64,000 nt of DNA from an uncultured Kiritimatiellota bacterium (GTDB taxonomy: Bacteria; Verrucomicrobiota; Kiritimatiellia; RFP12; UBA1067), in contig CAKURH010000003.1 in assembly GCA_934675625.1 (NCBI GenBank), forward strand, positions 4,503 through 68,502. The letters are read 5' to 3'. A model generated the notes under the pieces. The model made no database searches and was not told the DNA's origin. It worked only from the letters and a program-made list of their open reading frames with translations. Positions 41,155-48,941 of this stretch are shown in pieces. Every line of letters starts with the position of its first letter. Position 1 is the first letter of the stretch. A program made the position numbers and the translations under genes.

Positions 41155-43602
41155 TCAGAAGAACGTCATCTGCCCCGGCATGTCCGAGAGGCGGCGGCGC
41201 GGCTTGCGCACGGCCTTCGGCGCATTCACGTCAAGCTCGTTCGCCTCCAGGTTCTTCAGGATCTCGCCCGCGCGCGCGACGACTTCCGCCGGCAGCCCCG
41301 CCATCGCGCCGACGTGGATGCCGAAGCTCTTCTCGGCCACGCCGGGGGCGATGCGCCGCAGGAAGACGACGCGCCCGCCCTCCTCCTTCACCTTCACCGT
41401 GTAGTTCTTGATGCCGGGGAACGTGTCCGCGAGGTCGGTGAGCTCGTGGTAGTGCGTCGCGAAGAGCGTCTTCGCCTTCGCCTGCGCCTTGCCGTAGAGG
41501 TACTCGGCGACCGACCACGCGATCGAGATGCCGTCGAACGTCGACGTGCCGCGCCCGATCTCGTCGAGGACGATGAGCGACTTCGGCGTCGCGTTGTTGA
41601 GGATGTTCGCCGTCTCCTGCATCTCGACGAGGAACGTCGAACGGCCGCGCGCGAGGTCGTCGCCCGCGCCGATGCGCGTGAAGACGCGGTCGAGGACGCC
41701 GAGGCGCATCTTCGCCGCCGGCACGAACGAGCCCATCTGCGCCATCACGGCGAGCGTCGCGACCTGCCGGATGTACGTCGACTTGCCGGCCATGTTCGGC
41801 CCGGTGATGAGCATGATCTGGTCGGTCGTCGTGTTGAGGAACGCGCCGTTCGGCACGAACGGCTCCGCGTCCGGCAGCTGCTCGACGATCGGATGCCGCC
41901 CGTCGACGATCTCCAGCACGTCCGAGTCGTCCACGTCGGGACGCACGTAGCCCGCCGCGAGCGCGCGGTCGGCGAGGGCGAGCGTCGCGTCAAGCGCGCC
42001 GAGCGCGAGGGACGTCTCCTGGATCTCGACCGTCTTCGCCGCGATCGTCGCCAGGATCTCCTTGTAGAGCTTCTGCTCCAGCGCGACGGCCCGGTCGTGC
42101 GCGCCAAGCACCTTCTGCTCGTATTCCTTCAGCTCGGGCGTCACGTACCGCTCGCCCGTCGTCAGCGTCTGCCGCCGGATGTAATCCGCCGGGGCCTGCG
42201 CGACAGACGCCTTCGGGATCTCGATCAGGAACCCGAAGGCGGGCACGTGCTTCACCTTCAGCTTCGCGATGCCCGTGCGCTGCTGCTCGCGCGCCTGGAA
42301 CTCGGCGATCCACTGGCGGCCCTCGGTCGCGATCTGCCGCAGCTCGTCCAGCTCCGCCGAATGGCCGGACGCGATGAAGCCGCCGTCGGACAGCATCACC
42401 GGCGGGTCTTCGGCAATCGCGCGGTCAATGAGCGAAACGATGTCGGGCTGGGGCGAGAGATTCTTGACGTGAGCGGCAAGAGGGGCTTGAGAGACCTGAG
42501 GCCGCGCGTCGCTCTCGTCTCTCATGTCGCCCAACCGTGCCAAAATCTCCGGGATCGGGCGGAGCGACGCGGCGAGGCCCTTCAGGTCGCGCGGGTTCGC
42601 GCGGCCGGCGTCGACCTTGGCGACGAGCCGCTCCAGATCCCGGACGCCCGTCAGCTGGCTGCGCAGGTGCGCAAGCGCGGCGCGGTCGTCCACGAACGCC
42701 TGCACGGCGTCGAGCCGCGCGTTCACGTCCGCCGCGCGCGCCAAGGGCCGCGCGATCCAGTTGCGCAGTGTCCGCGCGCCCATCGGCGTCTTCGTGACGT
42801 CGAGGACGCCGAGCAGCGAGGCGTCTTTCGCGACGTCCCCGCCCGGCAGGAGCTGCAGGTGGCGCAGCGTCCCCGAATCGAGCACGAGCCCGTCGTCGGA
42901 CTGGCGGATGCGCACCTTGCGAACATGGCCGAGCGAGTGGTGCAGGGTCGTCCCGACGTAGTAGAGCAGCGCGCCGGCGGCGCAGATGAGGTCGGGCCGC
43001 CCCGTGAGGCCGAAGCCGTCGAGCGCGAGCACCTTGAAATGGCGCGTCAGGCAGTCCCACGCCGCGTCCAGCGAGAACGTCCAGCTGTTCGCGTCCGTCG
43101 GCTTCAGCAGTTCGGCGGGGCAGTCGCGCGCAAGCGCCTCGTCGAGCTTTTCCTGCGACGCGAACGGCTCCACGACGAACTCGCCCGTCGAGAGGTCGAG
43201 GAGCGCGAGCCCCAGGCCCGAGACGGCCGCGACGTAGTTGTTCGTCGTCTCGTCGAGGAGTCCGTCCTCCGTGACGGTGCCGGGCGTGACGATGCGCGTC
43301 ACCTCGCGGCGCACGAGCCCCTTCGCGGTCTTCGGGTCCTCCACCTGGTCGCAGAGGGCGGCGGTCTTCCCCGCGCGGATGAGCTTCGCGAGATAGGCGT
43401 TGAGCGCGTGGTGCGGCACGCCGCACATCGGCTGGTCGTTGCGGTGCGTGAGCGTCGCGCCGAGAATCGGCGAGGCGACGATCGCGTCCTCGCCGAACAT
43501 CTCGTAGAAGTCGCCGAGGCGGAACATGACGATCGCGCCCGGCGGCACCTCGCGCTTGATCGCGAGGTACTGCCGCATCATCGGTGTCAGTTCGGCGGCC
43601 AT
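41155..43602 (-). CDS. mutS: DNA mismatch repair protein MutS
   Basis: N-terminal TPMMRQYLAIK...FRLGDFYEMF, Walker A GPNMAGKST and STFLVEM. Length 815 aa. Confidence 0.93.
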   Translation of the reverse strand: MAAELTPMMRQYLAIKREVPPGAIVMFRLGDFYEMFGEDAIVASPILGATLTHRNDQPMCGVPHHALNAYLAKLIRAGKTAALCDQVEDPKTAKGLVRREVTRIVTPGTVTEDGLLDETTNNYVAAVSGLGLALLDLSTGEFVVEPFASQEKLDEALARDCPAELLKPTDANSWTFSLDAAWDCLTRHFKVLALDGFGLTGRPDLICAAGALLYYVGTTLHHSLGHVRKVRIRQSDDGLVLDSGTLRHLQLLPGGDVAKDASLLGVLDVTKTPMGARTLRNWIARPLARAADVNARLDAVQAFVDDRAALAHLRSQLTGVRDLERLVAKVDAGRANPRDLKGLAASLRPIPEILARLGDMRDESDARPQVSQAPLAAHVKNLSPQPDIVSLIDRAIAEDPPVMLSDGGFIASGHSAELDELRQIATEGRQWIAEFQAREQQRTGIAKLKVKHVPAFGFLIEIPKASVAQAPADYIRRQTLTTGERYVTPELKEYEQKVLGAHDRAVALEQKLYKEILATIAAKTVEIQETSLALGALDATLALADRALAAGYVRPDVDDSDVLEIVDGRHPIVEQLPDAEPFVPNGAFLNTTTDQIMLITGPNMAGKSTYIRQVATLAVMAQMGSFVPAAKMRLGVLDRVFTRIGAGDDLARGRSTFLVEMQETANILNNATPKSLIVLDEIGRGTSTFDGISIAWSVAEYLYGKAQAKAKTLFATHYHELTDLADTFPGIKNYTVKVKEEGGRVVFLRRIAPGVAEKSFGIHVGAMAGLPAEVVARAGEILKNLEANELDVNAPKAVRKPRRRLSDMPGQMTFF

Positions 43603-43609
43603 GCGGCGT

Positions 43610-45691
43610 TCAGGCCTTGACCTTGCCGAAGATGTTGCCGTAGCGGTTGACGTTCAGGGCCTCGACGAACGAGGCGATCTTCGTCACCGTCGAGCACGGG
43701 TCGATGGACGCGTCCATGCAGTCGCCCTCCAGCGTCAGGAGCGGCACGTTGATCGAGCCCAGCTCCTCGCGCAGGTGCTTCGAGAGCGCACGGTCGGCGA
43801 GCGAACAGCGCCCGAACCCGTGCGTGTAGAGGATGACGCCGTTGAACTGGCCCGCCGGCACGGCGCGCTTGACGTACGAGACGCGCAGCTCCGGGTCGAG
43901 GAAGCCCGACTGCAGCAGCTTCTTCGCGAGCGAGCGGTACGGGTCCTTCGGGTCGAGCGGATCCCAGCCGACGAAGTTCGTCTCCTCGAAGACGATCGGC
44001 GCGTTGCAGGTCGTCTCGATGTAGTCGAGGTGCCGCGTGTCGTAGAACGGCGGCAGGTGCAGCCAGAGGAGGCGGTGCGTGTCGCCGATCGCGTAGCGCT
44101 TCTCGGCCCACTCCTTCTTCATCAGCAGCTCGTCGAGATACGCCTTCTGGATGTCGACGAGCTCCTGCCGGCCCCAAAGCTGCGAGAAGACGATCGCGTT
44201 GTAGACCGCCTCGCTGCCGCGCACGAGCGGCGGCGACGCGAAGCGGAGCTCCTGGCACTTCTTCGCGAGCGCGGCCGCCTCGTTCGAGAGGACGCACGCC
44301 TCTTCGAGCCGCGCCGGGTCGAGCTTGCGCCCGAACGCCTTCTCCATCTCCGAGACGGCCTCGGCAAGCCCGTCCGCCATCATCTCGATCGCGTTGCGCG
44401 AATGCGCGTTGATCGGCGTCTGCAGCGAGTAGAGCCGATCGGAGATCTTGTATTCGCGCGCGAGGTCGGCGAAGACGCGCTCGGCCTGCTGGCACGGCTG
44501 GACGGTCGAGACGATGAAGTCGGGCCGGTCGAGATCCATGCCCTCCAGCATGCGGAGGAACGAGCAGGTCTGGCCGTCGAAGCCCTTCTGCGCGGCGCGG
44601 CCGAGGGCCTCCTTCACCTTGTCCGCCCGGCGGCCGAAGAGCGCGGCGTACGTCTCCAGCGTCCGCACGCGGCAGTCCATCGCGTTCAGGATCTCCGTCG
44701 GGAAGAAGAGGTTGCGCCAGACGAGCGGCTTCGACGTGTCCTTCGAGAAGAAGTCGTGCTTCGTCGACTTGATGCGCAGGAGGACGGACTTGCCGCGCGT
44801 CGGCTCGTACTCGACCTTCGCGAGGTCGAGCTTGCCGGTGTCCTTCAGGCCGTCGAGCTGCTTGGCGATGACGGCCGCGCCGAGGGCGCCCATGACCTCG
44901 TGGTACTGCGGGATGATGATCTCGCTGCCGGTGAGCTTGCCGAGGAAGTAGGCGACGGCCTTGTTGAACGCGACGCCGCCCTGGAAGAGGATCTTGCGGC
45001 CGGGGGCGTTCAGGAGCAGCTGGCCGACCGAGTTGAGGATCGTCCGCGCCTGGGCCTTGCACGCGCCGGCGAGCAGGTCGCCGATCGGCACGCGATTCTT
45101 GAACTTGTTGATCGACGTCGCCGAGAGGACGGCGCAGACGGAGCTGAACTCGGTCTTCGAGTCGTAGTTCACGCGGTCGGCGACGTCCTCGATCTTCACG
45201 CCGAGCTTCTGGGCGACGGAGTCGAGGAAGCTGCCCGTGCCCGCCGCGCAGACGCCGCTCATCATGCTCGTCCAGAGGTTCATCGGCGGGTTGTAGACCA
45301 TGCACTTCGAGTCCTGCCCGCCGCAGTCGATGATCGCGTCGACGTCGGGGTGCAGGAACTTCGCGCCCGCGACGTGCGCCGTCACCTCGCTGACCTGGAA
45401 GTCGTAGGGGATGAACCGCTTCGTGTCCTCGACGATCTGGCTGCCCGTGACGACGATCGCGGCGATCTTGTCGAAGCTCGTGCCGGCGACCTTCAGGAAC
45501 TCCAGCGCGAGGCGCTTCACCGCGCCGCCCGAACAGCAGCCGCACGCGCTGCAGCGGCCCGTGCAGGCGACCTTGCCGGCCTCGACGGGCTGCGTGCGCT
45601 TGTAGACGGAGCGCAAGACCTTGCCGTCTTCCGAGAGAAGGACGGCCTTGAAGGTCGTCGAGCCGATGTCGATGCCGAGATACGTTTTCAT
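43610..45691 (-). CDS. Fusion of BadF/BcrA/HgdC-type ATPase (radical-enzyme activase) with a 2-hydroxyacyl-CoA-dehydratase/BcrB-like domain
   Basis: Trimmed to MKTYLGIDIGSTTFK (ATG 45691). DCGGQDSK and VCAAGTGSFLD are activase motifs. The C-terminal ~400 aa resembles HgdB/DUF2229-type dehydratase subunits. An unusual CTGRCSACGCC insert is present. Confidence 0.75.
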   Translation of the reverse strand: MKTYLGIDIGSTTFKAVLLSEDGKVLRSVYKRTQPVEAGKVACTGRCSACGCCSGGAVKRLALEFLKVAGTSFDKIAAIVVTGSQIVEDTKRFIPYDFQVSEVTAHVAGAKFLHPDVDAIIDCGGQDSKCMVYNPPMNLWTSMMSGVCAAGTGSFLDSVAQKLGVKIEDVADRVNYDSKTEFSSVCAVLSATSINKFKNRVPIGDLLAGACKAQARTILNSVGQLLLNAPGRKILFQGGVAFNKAVAYFLGKLTGSEIIIPQYHEVMGALGAAVIAKQLDGLKDTGKLDLAKVEYEPTRGKSVLLRIKSTKHDFFSKDTSKPLVWRNLFFPTEILNAMDCRVRTLETYAALFGRRADKVKEALGRAAQKGFDGQTCSFLRMLEGMDLDRPDFIVSTVQPCQQAERVFADLAREYKISDRLYSLQTPINAHSRNAIEMMADGLAEAVSEMEKAFGRKLDPARLEEACVLSNEAAALAKKCQELRFASPPLVRGSEAVYNAIVFSQLWGRQELVDIQKAYLDELLMKKEWAEKRYAIGDTHRLLWLHLPPFYDTRHLDYIETTCNAPIVFEETNFVGWDPLDPKDPYRSLAKKLLQSGFLDPELRVSYVKRAVPAGQFNGVILYTHGFGRCSLADRALSKHLREELGSINVPLLTLEGDCMDASIDPCSTVTKIASFVEALNVNRYGNIFGKVKA

Positions 45692-45748
45692 TTTTGCAGC
45701 AGGTTCCTCTGGACGTTCATTCTTAGGCTTCCCTAAAAAAGAGCGCAT

Positions 45749-45757
45749 ATTATAGCA
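45749..45757 (-). promoter_or_regulatory. Extended -10 promoter TGCTATAAT upstream of the activase-fusion/mutS unit
   Basis: The minus strand reads TGCTATAAT ~57 nt upstream of ATG 45691. It also rules out the track start at 45748, which lies 1 nt from the box. Confidence 0.6.
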
Positions 45758-45828
45758 TAAACTGCCGCCATGCGGTTTCTCGAATCATCAACGCAAAAGT
45801 CCGCAACGAAACCCCGCTCAACTTCCCC

Positions 45829-47859
45829 TTAAAACCAGATCGAGAAGAGGTCGCCGCCCTCGCTGCACGGCACGTCCGTCCCGCTCGCGAAGTCGCAGAC
45901 CTTCGCCCGAATCGTCCGCGCACCCGGCTTCGTCAGCTCCAGATTCCAACGGCCCCACACGAGGCCGTCCGACGGGCGCGGCGTCAGCGTCGCGCGGTAG
46001 CCCTTGCCGTTCACGGTGAACGCTTCGCCAATCTCCTCGCGCGTGGCGCCGGCGAGCCGCGACTTCGCCAGAACCAGCGGCCCCCACATCACCACGGCGG
46101 CCGGTGTCGTCCGATAGCCGTCCGTAAGATCGCGGTTCACGAGGGGGCTTCCGTGGTCGGGATAGCGGCGGAAGGCCCAGTTCTTCCGGTCTTGCCCGTT
46201 CAGCTCCGGCACCGTCGCCAGCCGGTCGACGACGCGCGCGTTCATGTCGAACGAAAGCGCGTAGACCTGCGCCGCGCGGACGTCCTCCGCGCCGATTGCC
46301 GCCACCTGCTCCACATTCATCTGCGGACACCACGCCGGCTTTCGGAACGCGACCTTCGCGGACGGATCCGACACCCGAACCGTCACGACGCCCTCGACCG
46401 GGTAGTTGCCCGCAATCGTGAACGTGACGTCCTCGAACGTGACCGTCGCGTCCTGATAGAGGTTCACGTGGAAGACGCCCGTCCGGTCACGCGTGACCGT
46501 CACTTCCGCAATGTCCATGAACGTGCGCGGCAGGTTGTTCACGCAGCACTGGTTGTAGGCGTAGCCGCACTGGCGCTGCTCCGTGTGACGACCGTGGCCG
46601 CGCAGGAAGAACGGGCCGAAGGCGCCGTCGCGCCAGATGCCGGCGAGGAAGCCGTTCAGGTAGGCCGCCTCGACCGAATCAAGGTGCTTCTCGTCGCCCG
46701 TCACAAGAAAGAGGTCGACGTTCAGGCGAATCCAGTGGATGACGTCGCAGACCTCGTTCAGGGCGTTGCAATACTGCGGCGCACCGATGAGCTTGTCGCC
46801 GTAGCCCACGGCGCCGAGCGGATTGGCGTCCGTCTGCGCGAGGTTGTCGCGCACGCGGCGCGCCGTCTCAAGGCAGCGCGTCTCGCCCGTCACACGATAG
46901 TATTCGAGAAGCCCGTCCACGCAGCTCAGGAACTCGTAGGTCTTCGCCCAGCGCTCGGGCTTCGGATACCACGTGTGGAGCGGCTGATCCTTGGACGCAT
47001 TGCGGAAGAAGTTCGGGATCCGCCCGTCGTCGCGATCCCAGTCGGACAGAATCTCGGCGGCGTAGTCGAGGTATTTCCGGTTCCCGGTCTCCTCGTAGAG
47101 CAGGACGAGCGGCTTCAGAATTGACATCGAGGGAAGACCGCCCAGCGCCCCGGTGTCGCACAGGCGCAGCCCCAGACGGCGGAGCATGTCGATGAGCTGG
47201 TTCGCCTGACGCTCGACCGAGGCGAGAATCGCCCGGTCGCCCGTCGCCTTGTAGGCCCTGAGCAGGCCCCACAGGCAGTATTTGCGATTCCAGACGTTCC
47301 AAACGGTCTGCCAGCCGTAGACCTTTCGCGTCGCTTCGGGGTCCCTGATCGAGACGAGTTCCTTGTCCTTGTAAGAGCCGAGGTAGCCGTCGGGATCCTC
47401 CAGCGCGATCAGCCGATGACATTCCGCCGCAACAAACGCCTTGACGGACGGATCGTCCAGGTAGTCCGCGACGCGCGCGGCGCCCAGCATGAGCTTGCCC
47501 CAAAACTCGCCGCGCCAGACGCCGCCGTGCCCCAGCACGTCGTCGTCGCGTTCCTCGAACGCGCGCCGGGCCTCGCCGAAGACGTTCTTCTGCGCAAACG
47601 CTGAGGTGACGCGCGCGTGGATGAGGGCGTCGAGCTTCTGACCCGGATAGCCCAAAAGTCTGACGTCCCGAAGCGGTGGCGTGCGCATCGCGTCCGGCAC
47701 CTCGCACAAGAGACGACCGTCGGCCGGCCCCGCAAGCCCGGCCTGAGCCAACCCGATCAGGGACAGGACGGCGAAGACCTTGCCCAACCCGACCACTCGA
47801 ACCCGACCACGGGGGTCAGACACTTTTTCAGACGTATGTTTTTTCGTATGTTTTTTCAT
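45829..47859 (-). CDS. GH127/GH146-like (DUF1680, beta-L-arabinofuranosidase-type) Cys-glycosidase
   Basis: Trimmed to MKKHTKKHTSEK (ATG 47859, ATGA overlap with the upstream stop). E-x-C (NEVCD) and C-C-x-x-N (NQCCVNN) match the GH127 Zn/Cys catalytic-site pattern. Confidence 0.8.
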   Translation of the reverse strand: MKKHTKKHTSEKVSDPRGRVRVVGLGKVFAVLSLIGLAQAGLAGPADGRLLCEVPDAMRTPPLRDVRLLGYPGQKLDALIHARVTSAFAQKNVFGEARRAFEERDDDVLGHGGVWRGEFWGKLMLGAARVADYLDDPSVKAFVAAECHRLIALEDPDGYLGSYKDKELVSIRDPEATRKVYGWQTVWNVWNRKYCLWGLLRAYKATGDRAILASVERQANQLIDMLRRLGLRLCDTGALGGLPSMSILKPLVLLYEETGNRKYLDYAAEILSDWDRDDGRIPNFFRNASKDQPLHTWYPKPERWAKTYEFLSCVDGLLEYYRVTGETRCLETARRVRDNLAQTDANPLGAVGYGDKLIGAPQYCNALNEVCDVIHWIRLNVDLFLVTGDEKHLDSVEAAYLNGFLAGIWRDGAFGPFFLRGHGRHTEQRQCGYAYNQCCVNNLPRTFMDIAEVTVTRDRTGVFHVNLYQDATVTFEDVTFTIAGNYPVEGVVTVRVSDPSAKVAFRKPAWCPQMNVEQVAAIGAEDVRAAQVYALSFDMNARVVDRLATVPELNGQDRKNWAFRRYPDHGSPLVNRDLTDGYRTTPAAVVMWGPLVLAKSRLAGATREEIGEAFTVNGKGYRATLTPRPSDGLVWGRWNLELTKPGARTIRAKVCDFASGTDVPCSEGGDLFSIWF

Positions 47860-48941
47860 CGTTTTAATGGTGGACGGGCGAGGAAGAGCGCGAGCGGCGC
47901 TTCGGCCCTGATTCGGAATGCCCCGCAGGCGGCGGGGACGAAAAACTGGTCTCCGGGGCCGATCGGCGCCACACCGGCGGCCGTCTCCAGCGCGCCGCGC
48001 CCCGACAGCACGAAGAGCCCGCAGAACGTCCCGTCCGCCGCCGGGAACGGCATCGCACCCGTGACGTCCAGCCGCTCCAGCGCGAAGCACGGCGTCGTGC
48101 GCGGCCCGACGAGCTCCGTCCGGCAAAATCCGTCGCCCGCTTCCATGACGCGCGGCGCCACCCGCTGTCGCGCGCGCGTCTCGGCCTCGTTCCGTCCGTC
48201 GTAGTGGAAGCACGTGAACATGCTGTCGAACCCGACGCCATAGTGGCACGCCGCATCGGAAATGCGGAATCCCTGCGGCGTCACCTTCTCCGTGCGGAAC
48301 GTGTAGTCGGTCGGCTCCTGAATCTCGACGAGAAGGCAACCCGCGCCGATGGCGTGCGGCGTGCCGCCCTCGATGAGGAACGTGTCGCCCGGCGCGACCT
48401 CGATGCGGTTGAGCATCGCAAGCATGGCCGGGATGTCCTGCCGGTCGAAGACGTTGCGCCACGCCGCCGGCGTCACGCCCGGCCTGAAGCCCAGGTAGAC
48501 GCACGGTCGCGCGCCGCCGATTTCCCGTCCGCCGACGATGTGCCAACATTCGGTCTTGCCGAACGGCGAGCCGAAGAGCCGTTGCGCCGCCGCGCGGTCG
48601 GGGTGGACCTGCACGCCGAGGCGCTCGGCCGCGTCGATGAGCTTGACGAGCACGGCGGGGGTCTGTCCCCACGTCGCGACGTGCGCCGCGCCGAGCAGTT
48701 CGACCGGATGCGCAGCCAGCGCGGCCTTCAGCGTGAGGTCTGTCCCCGCGACGCGGCAAAGTCCCTCGACGATCTCCTCGCGCCCCGGGTTGACGGCGCG
48801 GACGGCGGAGCAGATCCACTCCTCCGGGAAGTGCGTGTCGGCGGCTGGCGTGACGCCGTGCAGCTCGTCGAGGAACCTGCCGCCGAGATACGTCCGCCAC
48901 GCACGCGCGGACGTGAGCCGGATGGGCGCGTCAAACCTCAT
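47856..48941 (-). CDS. Class I phosphomannose-isomerase-like cupin
   Basis: Trimmed to MRFDAPIRLTSARAW (ATG 48941, ATGA overlap). Metal-ligand pattern QVHPD ... KTECWH ... GTPHAIGAG. Confidence 0.8.
   Translation of the reverse strand: MRFDAPIRLTSARAWRTYLGGRFLDELHGVTPAADTHFPEEWICSAVRAVNPGREEIVEGLCRVAGTDLTLKAALAAHPVELLGAAHVATWGQTPAVLVKLIDAAERLGVQVHPDRAAAQRLFGSPFGKTECWHIVGGREIGGARPCVYLGFRPGVTPAAWRNVFDRQDIPAMLAMLNRIEVAPGDTFLIEGGTPHAIGAGCLLVEIQEPTDYTFRTEKVTPQGFRISDAACHYGVGFDSMFTCFHYDGRNEAETRARQRVAPRVMEAGDGFCRTELVGPRTTPCFALERLDVTGAMPFPAADGTFCGLFVLSGRGALETAAGVAPIGPGDQFFVPAACGAFRIRAEAPLALFLARPPLKR

Noticed and set aside
45829-48900. Over-extended minus-strand track ORFs (45829..48900, 47856..50129, 51166..52686, 51978..52907, 54492..56930, 2471..6634, 10342..11979, 14531..15388, 20290..20994)
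   Set aside because: Their N-terminal parts are Arg-rich and overlap the upstream gene's real coding frame. Internal Met/GTG starts coincide with signal peptides, SD sequences or ATGA/GTGA junctions, so the ORFs were trimmed to those starts.
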